IMG/VR virus record: IMGVR_UViG_3300045988_079560
Source of the DNA: a virus
Strand: one strand, 5' to 3'
Length of the DNA stretch: 64,000 nt
Shown here in pieces: positions 1 to 10,382 of the stretch. The notes beneath the pieces were generated by a model. The model had not been told where the DNA came from. It searched no databases and saw only the letters and a list, made by a program, of their open reading frames with translations. Every line of letters begins with the position of its first letter. The first letter of the stretch is position 1. The position numbers and the translations under genes are program-made.

Positions 1-23
1 ATAAAATCGAAAAGGACTTCGTT

Positions 24-286
24 GGTAATATGCCCGTAATATACAAATGAAAGAAAAAACCGCATAAACACTGAGACCTTGTGCTACTGCGATGTTAGCA
101 CAGGGTGTTTGCTAATCAATAAAAACGAACCCCGGAAATTCAATGTTTCCGGGGTTTTATTGTGCGTATTTTTGAAGAAAGTGTTCGTTGGTTTGAGTAG
201 ATTTTTGATAGTAATATGCGTACAATACACGCGTAATATACACGCAAGATACAACTCATTTTGTATAATATACGCATAATATACTG
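24..286. repeat. Repeated GTAATATRC / TATAATATACGC-type motifs flanking the 3' end of int; candidate integrase arm-binding/att region
   Basis: GTAATATG(24-32), GTAATATAC(36-44), GTAATATGCG(211-220), GCGTAATATACACGC(231-245), GTATAATATACGC(263-275), GCATAATATACTG(274-286). Confidence 0.4.
130..158. terminator. Rho-independent-type terminator hairpin
   Basis: CCCCGGAAA-ttcaatg-TTTCCGGGG (9 bp) followed by TTTT. Confidence 0.8.
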
Positions 287-331
287 GGATTTTGAGCATA
301 TTTATACAGAAAAAGGGAGGCATAACCTCCC

Positions 332-1552
332 TTAAATTTTATTGACCTCATCAATGAGCTGTTGTATAGATTTGTGCGTGTAGGTTCCTTTTGTAATATC
401 ATTTTTCATGCTATGCCCCATTATCAGTTTTATGCAAACATCATTTGCACCAACATCGTCCATCAGTGAGGCAAAGGTGTGGCGGCCGTCATGTGGGAGA
501 TGCTGCATACCAAGTTTGTTCATAACGGTGTTGAAATTTGCGCTCACATACGATCCGTAGGTGTAGTGGTTTCCATACTTGTTGTTCACAAGAAATCTTC
601 TGTTCGGATTGAACCGGTTCTTTATAAGTGGCAAAATTTTGTCTGCGATTGGTATTGTTCTGTCTGTGCCGGCCTCTGTTTTCATTCCCCCAATCATGTA
701 TTGTTCATCCAGATGCACATTATCCGTGGTTATCTCCAAAAGTTCCGTAGGTCTTAGACCGGTGTAGATTGTAATGAGAATGAGGTCCACATTGTTTATC
801 ACATACAGTTTAGACCAAAGGGTTGCAATTTCTTCATTGGTATATCTGCTATGGATTTGTTCTGTCGGATCAACCCATGAGTATACAAAGAACTGAGACA
901 AATCTTTTTCTATATAGTTGTTCATCAGGGCATACTTGTATAGATTGTTAAGAACCGTGCGGATATTAGAGACAGTAGAGTTTGATTTACAGGTCCATTT
1001 ATTGATACACTCCTGTACCTCATCAGTTCGTAGGGCATTAAATTTCTTGTGGTGCAAATCTGATAAGTGGTTGAAAGCAATCTCATAGTTCCGCCAGGTG
1101 TTTGATGAAATCTTATCCGGCAGAGCCTTTCGATAATTTTTCCACTTTCCATACATCTCTGCAAAAGTAGGTGTCTCGGCGTATTTAATATGTTCCGCAA
1201 CCACATCGGCATTATTCAATTCCGACAGAAAAGCATAGGCGTGTTCCTGTTTGGCGAAGTATTCAAGGTATTTGAACGTTTGCCGGTAAGCTATGGAATA
1301 CTCATAGCCCTCTTCTTGCATCAGAGTCTCAGCGAACTCACAGATGGCATCTGAGGAAATGGCAGCCCACATCTGAGCTTTTCTTTTCCATTTGAAGTTA
1401 TACCGGTTGAGTTCCCGGCGGATATTAGACGGCGGATCTTTCGGAGCATCAATCTCTACAAATTCCGCAATTTCAGAAGTTCGGACGGCATAAGGCTTAC
1501 GCCTCTTGCCTTTTAGTTTGATTACACTACCGTAACCGTTTGGCAGACGCAT
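332..1552 (-). CDS. int: Tyrosine-type site-specific integrase
   Basis: ORF with core R..H-x-x-R..H..Y motifs (TGLRPTELLE, LPHDGRHTFAS, LIMGHS, TYTHKS). Confidence 0.93.
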   Translation of the reverse strand: MRLPNGYGSVIKLKGKRRKPYAVRTSEIAEFVEIDAPKDPPSNIRRELNRYNFKWKRKAQMWAAISSDAICEFAETLMQEEGYEYSIAYRQTFKYLEYFAKQEHAYAFLSELNNADVVAEHIKYAETPTFAEMYGKWKNYRKALPDKISSNTWRNYEIAFNHLSDLHHKKFNALRTDEVQECINKWTCKSNSTVSNIRTVLNNLYKYALMNNYIEKDLSQFFVYSWVDPTEQIHSRYTNEEIATLWSKLYVINNVDLILITIYTGLRPTELLEITTDNVHLDEQYMIGGMKTEAGTDRTIPIADKILPLIKNRFNPNRRFLVNNKYGNHYTYGSYVSANFNTVMNKLGMQHLPHDGRHTFASLMDDVGANDVCIKLIMGHSMKNDITKGTYTHKSIQQLIDEVNKI

Positions 1553-1717
1553 AATATCATCCTCCTTTTCCTAAAAATGGGCGTAAAAATGCCTGGTATA
1601 TTGTTTTTCTACCGGGAAGATGATATAATGCAAGGTGTTCAGACAAACATTCATCGGATCTTTCCGGTGTGTGTTTATAGATGCCGTCTCTGTTAGCAGC
1701 AGAGGCGGTTTTCTATT

Positions 1718-2398
1718 TTAGTATTTTTGCCGATTTTCAACGACTCTACCAATGATTCTCACTGGCTTATTCTCAATTTCCTCATTTGAATAAAACATAG
1801 GCTCATAGGTCTGATTAAAAGGAATGAGTCTGATTCCACTAGGGAACTTTGCCAACTTTTTGCAAGTGGCACTGTCTCCATTGACTAACACAATGACAAG
1901 ATCGCCTGATTCTGCATAGTTCTGTTTGCGGACAATCACAACATCCCCATTGCAGATACGAGGCTCCATGGAATCTCCCTTTATTTTCAAAGCAAAGAAA
2001 TCCCCAGTGTGAGCCAATTCTTCTGATATTTCCTCATAATCTATAACATCCTCAATGGCTTCAATAGGAACTCCGGCTGCCACGTTACCAAGCACAGGAA
2101 TACGGATAGCCTTTTTGGCCATCTTCACTTTCTCCGGTTCTGCGTCAACTTTCGTATTATCGTCAAGCTGAGAGAATAATTCGTCAAACGTCATAAACAT
2201 TCCGTTTGCAGCTTTCCTTATAGATTGAATAGACGGAACAGGCGGTTCTCCTGTTTTTGGATTGAGATTATTTTCGAGCTGTGATATGTACCCTTTGCTT
2301 ATTTTACTAGCCTTAGAAAAATCATCCATACTCATGCTGTTTGTCTCTCTGTATGCCTTTATTATCTGCCCTAATGTCATAAGAAAACCTCCTTTCAA
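1718..2398 (-). CDS. LexA/CI-type repressor: HTH plus S24 peptidase domain
   Basis: N-terminal HTH (FSKASKISKGYISQLENN), C-terminal ALKIKGDSMEPRICNGDVVIVRK. Confidence 0.92.
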   Translation of the reverse strand: MKGGFLMTLGQIIKAYRETNSMSMDDFSKASKISKGYISQLENNLNPKTGEPPVPSIQSIRKAANGMFMTFDELFSQLDDNTKVDAEPEKVKMAKKAIRIPVLGNVAAGVPIEAIEDVIDYEEISEELAHTGDFFALKIKGDSMEPRICNGDVVIVRKQNYAESGDLVIVLVNGDSATCKKLAKFPSGIRLIPFNQTYEPMFYSNEEIENKPVRIIGRVVENRQKY

Positions 2399-2484
2399 TG
2401 TTTAGTCCATTATACAATGCACTGAACAAAAAGTCAATTTTTTTGTAAAATGTGCTTGACAATAAATGTTTAGTCGGCTATACT
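2399..2484. promoter_or_regulatory. Divergent repressor/early promoters with operators
   Basis: Rightward TTGACA(2456)-17 nt-TATACT(2479) with TGTTTAGTC in the spacer; leftward TTGACT-17-TATAAT followed by GGACTAAACA. Confidence 0.8.
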
Positions 2485-2730
2485 CAAATTGTTCAGTCGA
2501 GCAAACATCGGACAAAGAAAGGAGGCGCAGTAATGGCGTATCGAATCAGAGAACTTAGAGAAAAGAAGAAACTTACCCAGGAACAGTTAGCTCAAATGTC
2601 TGGCGTAAGCAGAACAACCATAGTTCTGCTTGAAAACAACGAAGAGCATGAGGCTATGGTCGGTACTCTGAAATCATTGGCGGCGGCTTTGAATGTCCCT
2701 GTCAGTAAACTTTTTACCCAAAAAGTTTAG
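2452..2730 (+). CDS. Cro-like HTH regulator (functional start likely at MAYRIRELREKKK, about 2533)
   Basis: XRE-type HTH LTQEQLAQMSGVSRTTIVLLENN. Confidence 0.85.
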   Translation: MLDNKCLVGYTQIVQSSKHRTKKGGAVMAYRIRELREKKKLTQEQLAQMSGVSRTTIVLLENNEEHEAMVGTLKSLAAALNVPVSKLFTQKV

Positions 2731-2803
2731 TCAAACAAACAAGAAAAGGATAATCCGCAACGAACTAAGACACAGTAAAACGAACAGATTGAGGTAAGAA
2801 GCA

Positions 2804-2998
2804 ATGAACAGTGAGAGAGTAACACCAAAAAATGCGGCGAAAGAGTTGCAAATGGATGTGATTACGCTCCGTGAACTTATGAAAAGGGAGAAATTGCCTA
2901 TTGGATATGCCATAAAGCGAGAGGGTAAATCCAAGTGGGGATTTTACATATATCGCCACCTTTTGGATCAGGAGAAAGAACGACTTGGTATAGGTTAA
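2804..2998 (+). CDS. Small phage DNA-binding/hypothetical protein
   Basis: Short ORF after the cro-like gene with HTH-like composition. Confidence 0.5.
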   Translation: MNSERVTPKNAAKELQMDVITLRELMKREKLPIGYAIKREGKSKWGFYIYRHLLDQEKERLGIG

Positions 2999-3048
2999 GC
3001 ATCCGCAAGGATTGTTTAATAGATATTTTTGAGGAAAGGAGACGCACC

Positions 3049-3252
3049 ATGAGAAAAGGTACAGTTAAATGGTTCAACGCCGCAAAGGGCTACGGTTTCA
3101 TTACCGGCGAAGATGGAGTTGACGTGTTCTGCCATTTCAGCGCATTACAGATGGACGGTTACAAGACTCTCGTAGAGGGACAGCCCGTAGAATTTGATGT
3201 TGTTGACGGAACCAAGGGACCACAGGCATCCAACGTAACAGTAATTCAGTAG
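3049..3252 (+). CDS. csp: Cold-shock protein
   Basis: [44 protein letters not shown] upstream. Confidence 0.95.
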   Translation: MRKGTVKWFNAAKGYGFITGEDGVDVFCHFSALQMDGYKTLVEGQPVEFDVVDGTKGPQASNVTVIQ

Positions 3253-3307
3253 CGGTTTAGGGGTAAGGCATTGCCGAACCCCATAAACAGAGAAAGGAAA
3301 ATCCACC

Positions 3308-4738
3308 ATGAAGATTTCAAAAATCACGATAAAGCAGCTCTTCGGGATTAAGGAATGGCAGGGGGACGGAAAGAACATTGAACTTGTCGGAGACAACGGT
3401 ACTGGAAAAACATCCGTTATTGACGCAATCAGATATGCTCTTACAAATTCCTCCGACCGTGAATTTATCGTAAAAAACGGAGAGACAGAGGGAGAGATCT
3501 ACATAGAAACAGATAACGGTCTCTCCATTGACAGGAAAGCCAGAACAGCAATGACAGATTACAAATCTGTTAAGCAGAACGGCAATGTAATTCCCAGTCC
3601 TGAGTCGTTTCTGAAAACCATATTCACACCGTTACAGCTTTCCCCTATGGAGTTCATCTCTATGGATAAGAAAACCCAGAACGCAACGATTTTGGATATG
3701 ATTCAGTACGATTGGAACCTTGACACCATCAAGGAATGGTTCGGGGAAATTCCGAGGGATGTAAATTACGAGCAGAATATCTTGGCTGTCCTGAATGATA
3801 TTCAGGCGGAGAACGGTTACTACTTCATGCACAGACAGGATGTAAACCGGGACATTCGTGCCAAGAAAGCTGTTATTGCCGATATTGGAAGTTCTCTTCC
3901 TATCGACTATGACGGAGAGAGATGGGAAAAGGAAAACCTCTCAGACCTCTACACAGAGATTGAGAAGATCCGCAAGAATAACGAGACTATCGAAAAGGCA
4001 AAACGCCTTAGAGACAGCCACGATGGAAAAATCCGCTCATTCCAGGCAGACAAGGAAATTAAGATTGCCGCACTTGATACGGAAATGGCTCAGCAGGAAA
4101 AGAACATTGAGAGTGAGTTAGCGCAGCTTGAAGAGAGAATAAAAGCTCTCAGAGAGAAGAAAGACGGGCTTGCCGGTGTAAAAGCGGACAAAGTAAAGGT
4201 AATTCAGTCGGAGTATGAGGCATCCGTGTCTAAGTATGAAGCTGAGCAGGCATCCTACGCGGAATACGCAGATATGGAAACCACACCTATTGATGATCTT
4301 ATGGCAAAAGCCAATGAGACTGAGAAGATGAAAGGCCATATCAATGAGTGGCGCAGAATGTTGAACATCCAGAAAGAGGTTGATGAGTTGCAAAGCGAGT
4401 CCAACAGTCTCACAGAGAAGATTGAACTGGCAAGAACTCTTCCGGGAACCATTCTGGAAACCGCAGAGATTCCGATTGATGGTCTGACCGTTAAAGACGG
4501 AATACCTCTTATCAATGGATTGCCGGTAAGCAATTTGTCAGAGGGAGAAAAACTTGACCTCTGCATTGATGTGGCAATTCAGAATCCGGCAGGATTACAG
4601 ATCATCCTCATTGATGGTACTGAGAAACTGTCTGAGGAAAACCGCACACGTCTCTATGAGAAGTGCAAAAAGAAAGGGTTGCAGTTCATAGCAACCAGAA
4701 CCACAAGCAACAATGAATTAACAGTTATTGAACTGTAG
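3308..4738 (+). CDS. Rad50/SMC-like AAA ATPase
   Basis: Walker A GDNGTGKTSVIDAI, coiled coil, LSEGEKLDLCIDVAI signature, IILIDGTE Walker B-like. Confidence 0.9.
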   Translation: MKISKITIKQLFGIKEWQGDGKNIELVGDNGTGKTSVIDAIRYALTNSSDREFIVKNGETEGEIYIETDNGLSIDRKARTAMTDYKSVKQNGNVIPSPESFLKTIFTPLQLSPMEFISMDKKTQNATILDMIQYDWNLDTIKEWFGEIPRDVNYEQNILAVLNDIQAENGYYFMHRQDVNRDIRAKKAVIADIGSSLPIDYDGERWEKENLSDLYTEIEKIRKNNETIEKAKRLRDSHDGKIRSFQADKEIKIAALDTEMAQQEKNIESELAQLEERIKALREKKDGLAGVKADKVKVIQSEYEASVSKYEAEQASYAEYADMETTPIDDLMAKANETEKMKGHINEWRRMLNIQKEVDELQSESNSLTEKIELARTLPGTILETAEIPIDGLTVKDGIPLINGLPVSNLSEGEKLDLCIDVAIQNPAGLQIILIDGTEKLSEENRTRLYEKCKKKGLQFIATRTTSNNELTVIEL

Positions 4739-4749
4739 GAGGAAACACT

Positions 4750-5115
4750 ATGGCAGGCAAGAATGATAACTTTGACGCACTTATGGCAATGATGGCACTC
4801 AAACACATTATGGATGATACGAAAGATATTGAAATCCATCCGTTCACTTGTGAAGTGGTCGTAACGCCTACATCAATCAGTTGCAGTTCTTCTGGAAATA
4901 AGGCATTTCTCGAAGATATTGACGGTGGAATGGAGTGGGCGGAGGAAACCAACAACCTCATCAAAGATATTATGTCTGAGCAGACAATAAAGCTCACAGA
5001 TTTGATGAAAAAGAAATTTGGTTTCGATACCGTCAAAGTTAAGCCCAACTCCGAAGATGGTTTTGCGGATTTTTTGAAGAACCTTTTCGGGGGGGGTACA
5101 GACGATAGCGAATAA
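4750..5115 (+). CDS. Hypothetical phage protein ending in a G8 tract
   Basis: ORF with RBS (aggaggaaaca); C-terminus FGGGTDDSE. Confidence 0.7.
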   Translation: MAGKNDNFDALMAMMALKHIMDDTKDIEIHPFTCEVVVTPTSISCSSSGNKAFLEDIDGGMEWAEETNNLIKDIMSEQTIKLTDLMKKKFGFDTVKVKPNSEDGFADFLKNLFGGGTDDSE

Positions 5116-5183
5116 AACAAATAATCTGCCTGCCATAGCCTTTTCTTGGTAGGCAGATTCATAAAAATACAAGGAGGTTATTT

Positions 5184-5987
5184 ATGGCAACAAAAGACAC
5201 AAATTATTTAGTGGCAGTTCATAAAGGACTGGACGAAAGCCTTGAAAAACAGGTTGCGGCTCTGCCGGAGAAATTCAACAAACAGAGATTTTTACAGAAC
5301 TGCATGACGGTTCTGCAGGACGGACAGGCTGATTTCTCAAAGTGCGAAGCACCGACTGTTGTGCGAACACTCTTAAAAGGAGCTTTCCTTGGTCTTGATT
5401 TCTTTAACGGAGAGTGTTACGCAATTCCTTACGGAAATCAGTGTCAGTTCCAGACTGATTACAAGGGAGAGATCAAGCTGTGCAAGAGATATTCGAGCAA
5501 TCCTATTCAAGACATTTACGCAAAGGTAGTCCGTGAGGGAGATGAGTTTGAGGAAGTAATTGAAAACGGTAAGCAGTATGTCAATTTCAGACCTAAGACT
5601 TTTTCAAACGGAGAGATTATCGGTGCATTTGCGGTAGTCCTCTACAAAGACGGTTCCATGATGTACGACACCATGAGCAAAGAGGACATTGAACATACCA
5701 GACAGACATTCTCAAAGGCAGCAAACAGTAAGGCTTGGAAAGAAAGTTACGGAGAGATGTGTAAGAAAACAGTTCTCCGCCGACTGTGTAAGTTGATTGA
5801 CCTCAACTTTGATACAGCAGAACAGTGTCAGGCATTTGAAGATGGTTCGGCATTTGATGTTAAGGAAAAACCAAAAGAGAAGTATCGGGCACAGGACATT
5901 TATCAGTCTCAGGATCAGAGTTCTCATAACGGAGATGAGGATTCTGATGGTGTGATTGATGGAACATTTAAGGAAGTAGATGAGTAA
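5184..5987 (+). CDS. recT: RecT-family single-strand annealing protein
   Basis: RecT-like ...FLQNCMTVLQ..., YGNQCQFQTDYKGEIKLCKR, KTVLRRLCKLIDL. Confidence 0.88.
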   Translation: MATKDTNYLVAVHKGLDESLEKQVAALPEKFNKQRFLQNCMTVLQDGQADFSKCEAPTVVRTLLKGAFLGLDFFNGECYAIPYGNQCQFQTDYKGEIKLCKRYSSNPIQDIYAKVVREGDEFEEVIENGKQYVNFRPKTFSNGEIIGAFAVVLYKDGSMMYDTMSKEDIEHTRQTFSKAANSKAWKESYGEMCKKTVLRRLCKLIDLNFDTAEQCQAFEDGSAFDVKEKPKEKYRAQDIYQSQDQSSHNGDEDSDGVIDGTFKEVDE

Positions 5988-6822
5988 CCTCATCGCACTT
6001 ACCCCGGAGAATTACTACTCACAGGAAGCCAATATGCAGTATGTGTCCGTATCTCAGTATAAGGACTTCAATGGCACAACCGGAAAGTTAGGTTGTGAGG
6101 CTTATGCGATGGCAAAACTCCGGGGAGAAGTAGAGGAAGTCTCCACCACTCCGTTATTGGTAGGTTCTTATGTGGATGCCTACTTTGAGGGGACACTTCC
6201 TACATTTTCCGCACAGCACCCAGAAATCTTTTCATCCAGAGGTAAAACCGCCGGAGAATTGAAAGCCGAGTACAAGCAGGCCTCTGCAATGATTGACAGG
6301 GCAGAAAAAGACAAAGTTTTTATGCAGTATATGGCCGGAGATAAACAGGTAATTATGACCGGGGAAATCAATGGCATACCGGTAAAAATCAAAATTGATA
6401 GTTGTGACGGAAAAAGGATCACTGACTTAAAAACCGTAAAATCTGTTACAGAAACTTTTTATGCAAAGGATTTAGGGCAGAGACTTAATTTCTGTGAATG
6501 GTGGGGATATGACCTCCAAGGGGCTGTTTATAGAGAAATATATAGGCAGAACACAGGTAAATTGTTACCGTTTTATATTTGTGCAATTAGCAAAGATAAG
6601 ACTTCTCCAGGAAATATACCTCATCCGAGAATTAAGGTTATTGAAATTCCACCTATGGTTATGGATGAGAAACTGGCAGAGTTCCAAAGCAACATCATCA
6701 AGGTTCAACGCCTGAAAGATGGAGAAATTGAACCTCTGAGATGCGAGGTATGCGATTACTGTGCCGACACTGAGGTTTTGGATGGACCTATATCAATGGA
6801 TATGCTTATGGGAGAGATTTAA
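5980..6822 (+). CDS. PD-(D/E)XK nuclease-like protein partner of RecT
   Basis: GEINGIPVKIKIDSCDGKRITDLKTV motif, position next to recT. Confidence 0.8.
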   Translation: MSNLIALTPENYYSQEANMQYVSVSQYKDFNGTTGKLGCEAYAMAKLRGEVEEVSTTPLLVGSYVDAYFEGTLPTFSAQHPEIFSSRGKTAGELKAEYKQASAMIDRAEKDKVFMQYMAGDKQVIMTGEINGIPVKIKIDSCDGKRITDLKTVKSVTETFYAKDLGQRLNFCEWWGYDLQGAVYREIYRQNTGKLLPFYICAISKDKTSPGNIPHPRIKVIEIPPMVMDEKLAEFQSNIIKVQRLKDGEIEPLRCEVCDYCADTEVLDGPISMDMLMGEI

Positions 6823-7133
6823 TGAGAGATTCAATTATTGTGGATATGAAATATGCGGATCTTGATATTATCAACGGTCAGTATGGGGTTGAGAGGCATC
6901 ACTGCCTCGGAGGCCCCAACCGAAAAAAAGCAGATGAAGATGGCTTATGGGTTCCACTCACACCAGAACATCACAGAATGGGGAAGATAAGCGCACACCA
7001 GAGCGCAGAAGTACAAAAACTGTTGCAGATAATAGCGCAGCTCTCCTACGAACTCAATGAGGTATCACAAGGACTTACCGTGGATGAGGCACGGAAAAAG
7101 TTCTTTGATAGATACAGAAAATTCTACATTTAG
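6822..7133 (+). CDS. Small HNH-like phage protein
   Basis: YGVERHHCLGGPNRKKAD...LTPEHH. Confidence 0.6.
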   Translation: MRDSIIVDMKYADLDIINGQYGVERHHCLGGPNRKKADEDGLWVPLTPEHHRMGKISAHQSAEVQKLLQIIAQLSYELNEVSQGLTVDEARKKFFDRYRKFYI

Positions 7134-7141
7134 GAAAGGAA

Positions 7142-7627
7142 GTGATAAAAGTGGCAGAGAAACTTACATTGGCATCTATGTGTGCCGGAGGCGTTCAGGA
7201 AAGAATCGACAGAGCGTTGGCAAAGATTTCTGACAACATTCTCGATTTGAATACGGATGCCAAGAAGAAAAGAACTCTCGACATTAAGATTGTTCTCACT
7301 CCATCAGAGGATGATAGAGAAGATGTTGCTGTTGAGGTTCAGACTTCCGTTAAGTTGGCTCCTGAGATGGGACTGAAAACTCAGTTATTCATCAACAAGG
7401 ACTTCCGTAGCGGCGTAACAACACTCACAGAACACGCAAAGGGCGCAATCAAAGGTCAGCTTACTCTTGATGAGTGTGGTATGTGCATGGATCCGGAAAA
7501 GGATTCCACGCCGACAGCAGAGGAACTTGGATGCGATCCTGAGACCGGAGAGGTATTGGAAGAAAAATCTGAACCTCCAAAAGAGAGCACGAAAGTAATC
7601 AGCATGAGAGACGCAGTAAACAGTTAG
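7142..7627 (+). CDS. Phage 'replication terminator protein'-like
   Basis: Overall resemblance (ERIDRALAKISDNILDLNTDAKKKRTLDIKIVLTP). Confidence 0.6.
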   Translation: MIKVAEKLTLASMCAGGVQERIDRALAKISDNILDLNTDAKKKRTLDIKIVLTPSEDDREDVAVEVQTSVKLAPEMGLKTQLFINKDFRSGVTTLTEHAKGAIKGQLTLDECGMCMDPEKDSTPTAEELGCDPETGEVLEEKSEPPKESTKVISMRDAVNS

Positions 7628-7636
7628 GAGGACGTT

Positions 7637-7909
7637 ATGTACGATAAAAAACCTATGGAATTAGCTGACACCGCAGAAATGATGATGAGTAAGGACTACA
7701 AAGAACGCTTTAGAGCGGAGTATTGTCAGGTTGTTATTCGTTATCAGAAGTTAAAGGCAATGCTTGAAAAGTGGGACAACGGAGAACTCAATTTTACCCC
7801 TACTTGTCCGAGAAGCACCTACAATATGCAGATTAAAGCCATGACAGACTATATTGCTGTTCTTGAAGCAAGAGCTGTTATGGAGAATGTTGAGCTGCAG
7901 GAGGTTTAA
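7637..7909 (+). CDS. Small phage hypothetical protein
   Basis: YKERFRAEYCQVVIRYQKLKAMLEKWD..., RBS present. Confidence 0.6.
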   Translation: MYDKKPMELADTAEMMMSKDYKERFRAEYCQVVIRYQKLKAMLEKWDNGELNFTPTCPRSTYNMQIKAMTDYIAVLEARAVMENVELQEV

Positions 7910-7911
7910 TC

Positions 7912-8184
7912 ATGGATTTTGGAAAAGCATTAGAAGCCGTTAAAAGCGGCAAGAAGATATTCCGTCTCGGATGGAACGGAAAGGGAATGTTTGTTGTGTA
8001 CCAGAAAGGCTACCCTGACGGCATCCCTTGTAACTTACAGACAGCCAAAGCATGGGGGATGAATGAGGGAGACTTATTCAAATGTGACCCTTACTTGCAG
8101 ATTAAAACCGCAGATGGTTCTCATGCGATGTGGGTTCCGTCAATCGGAGATATTCTGGCAGAGGATTGGCAGATTATCCAGTAA
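7912..8184 (+). CDS. tad2: DUF2829 / Tad2-like protein (candidate anti-Thoeris)
   Basis: MDFGKALEAVKSGKKIFRLGWNGKGMFVVYQ...YLQIKTADGSHAMWVPSIGDILAEDW. Confidence 0.8.
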   Translation: MDFGKALEAVKSGKKIFRLGWNGKGMFVVYQKGYPDGIPCNLQTAKAWGMNEGDLFKCDPYLQIKTADGSHAMWVPSIGDILAEDWQIIQ

Positions 8185-8196
8185 CAGGAGGAAAAT

Positions 8197-8928
8197 ATGT
8201 TAAAAGCAGCTATTGAGAAAATTCTTTCTCTCGATGCTCCCCATATTGAGGAAATTGAGGGAAGAACCTATGTAGACAAAGATATGACGCAGATCGGCAA
8301 GGAACTCAGAGCAACCAGTATCACAATGAGTAATCTGAGCAGCCTTGTGGATTTCATCAAAAAGAGTAAAGCAGATTTCAAGACCGGTCATTACATCGCC
8401 CAGGTGGTATCTCCTACTGAGGTTCGTCTGTTCTCCAGTTTGGATGCAGACCGCCAGAGAGAAACACTGGCAGTTGTCAAAGCAGAGATCCCGGAGTTTT
8501 CATTCGGTCAGTTCATCGGAAACGAAGAGTTTGTTATCGGTGTGCAGTCCAAGTTCTTAAACGAGGATGCTGAGGCAAATGATAAGCCTATCATCTTACA
8601 GTTTGCCGGAAATGTTAAGGCCGGCACTGTTGCAGAATACGGAGACACCGGAGTAGGGCAGAAAGCGGCAATCAAGAAAGGCGTTGCCTCTCTGCAGGAA
8701 GTTGAAGTTCCGAGTCCTTGCCGCCTGATGCCGTACAGAACCTTTACAGAAGTTGCACAGCCTATGAGTAACTTTATTTTCAGAGTAAAGGACAATGATC
8801 GCTATGGCGTTACCTGTGCCTTATTTGAGGCAGACGGAGGTGCATGGAAGAATGAGGCGAAAGCCAACATCAAAGCGTATCTCGAAAAAGAACTTGCGGA
8901 TGTATCAAACATTTTCGTGATTTCCTAA
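8197..8928 (+). CDS. DUF2303-like phage protein
   Basis: Family resemblance, RBS aggaggaaa. Confidence 0.65.
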   Translation: MLKAAIEKILSLDAPHIEEIEGRTYVDKDMTQIGKELRATSITMSNLSSLVDFIKKSKADFKTGHYIAQVVSPTEVRLFSSLDADRQRETLAVVKAEIPEFSFGQFIGNEEFVIGVQSKFLNEDAEANDKPIILQFAGNVKAGTVAEYGDTGVGQKAAIKKGVASLQEVEVPSPCRLMPYRTFTEVAQPMSNFIFRVKDNDRYGVTCALFEADGGAWKNEAKANIKAYLEKELADVSNIFVIS

Positions 8929-9148
8929 ATAATCGTAACCCGTAAATATGTTTCTGCAATTATCTCCTAAGATTGGTCTCTGAGGAAAATATGTCACGAA
9001 AACCGCAGAACACACAAACGGTTTACCTCCTTTTAAGAAATTCGATTAGTTAAATGGTATAAACCCCTGACAAGGATCTTTTGTTAAATTACCCAGGAGC
9101 CGTCATTCCGGCGGCTCCACCCATAATGAAAGAAAGGAGGGCTTAGGG

Positions 9149-9559
9149 ATGCACAAGGTTGTTATCAAAGGAAATTATTACGGCAGAACCAGAACCTTAC
9201 CGGATCTTAACGATTACCTACATGAGTGTGCAAGGCATCCTCAGATGGGTGCAAAAATGAAAAGAGATTACCAGATGATCGTGTGTAACGCTATCAGGAC
9301 ACAGTTGCCGAGACTTACGATTACAAACCCTATCATCATTCATTACAACTTTTATGAGCCGGATAAACAGCGTGACAAGGGCAATATTTTTTCCTTTGCA
9401 GACAAAGTTTTTCAGGATGCTTTACAGAAATGCGGAGTGATTAAAAACGATGGATGGAAAGAAATCGAAAACTTTACGCATGACTTCTATGTGGATAAGA
9501 AAAACCCAAGGATTGAGATATTCCTTGAAGAGATAGAGAAAGGACCGTTCGATGGCTGA
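9149..9559 (+). CDS. rusA: RusA-like Holliday junction resolvase
   Basis: DKQRDKGNIFSFADKVFQDALQKCGVIKNDGW. Confidence 0.8.
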   Translation: MHKVVIKGNYYGRTRTLPDLNDYLHECARHPQMGAKMKRDYQMIVCNAIRTQLPRLTITNPIIIHYNFYEPDKQRDKGNIFSFADKVFQDALQKCGVIKNDGWKEIENFTHDFYVDKKNPRIEIFLEEIEKGPFDG

Positions 9560-10382
9560 GAAAAAGTATTTTTGGCTCAAAATGCCCCGGAACTTCTTTG
9601 AAAAACACTATATCAAGATACTTAGAGCAAAGGATAATGGCGATCTTTTGGTTATGTTCTATATATGGATGATTACAGAGTCAATCGACCATGAGGGCAA
9701 ACTGCGATTTTCCGAAGATATTCCGTATGACGCAGAAATGTTGGCGGAAGCATCCGGTTTTGCGTTACAGATTGTTACACAAGCGTTACAACAATTTTCA
9801 AAATTACAGCTTGTGGTTACGGAAAGTGACGGCACACTATTTTTACCAAAATCTCTGAAAATGATTGGGTCTGAATCGGCATCCGCACAGAGGGTTAGGG
9901 AGTATCGGGAGAGAGAAAAAAACAAGACAAAACCCACTGAGACACCCGAAAACGCTGAATGTAACGAACGTGTAACAGAGAGTAACGTTAATGTTCAAAA
10001 AGGTAACATAGAGAAAGAGTTAGAGAAAGAGTTAGAGAAAGAAAATAAAAAAGGGGGAAAGAGGGAAACTACCCAATCAATTTTTGAAAGGCTTCTCCCT
10101 GAGTACACCATCTCTGATGTAATGGCAGATAAACTTCGCGAATGGTTCAAGTATAAGACGGAACGGAAAGACGGATATAAGGAACAGGGCATGAAGTCGT
10201 TGTTAAAACAGGTTGCCAATAAGGTCTCTGTCTATGGAGATACTGCCGTATGCAATCTTATTGATGAATGTATGTCGAATGGATGGAAAGGCATTATTTG
10301 GGATAAATTGCAATCATCTTCTGCATACAGAAATAGCGGAGATCGCATTGGAAACAGAGTAAAGGATGTGGATGGCTGGTAA
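9552..10382 (+). CDS. Phage replisome organizer N-terminal-domain protein (DnaD-like)
   Basis: YFWLKMPRNFFEKHYIKILRAKDNGDLLVMFYIWMITES; C-terminal DnaD-like segment. Confidence 0.8.
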   Translation: MAEKKYFWLKMPRNFFEKHYIKILRAKDNGDLLVMFYIWMITESIDHEGKLRFSEDIPYDAEMLAEASGFALQIVTQALQQFSKLQLVVTESDGTLFLPKSLKMIGSESASAQRVREYREREKNKTKPTETPENAECNERVTESNVNVQKGNIEKELEKELEKENKKGGKRETTQSIFERLLPEYTISDVMADKLREWFKYKTERKDGYKEQGMKSLLKQVANKVSVYGDTAVCNLIDECMSNGWKGIIWDKLQSSSAYRNSGDRIGNRVKDVDGW

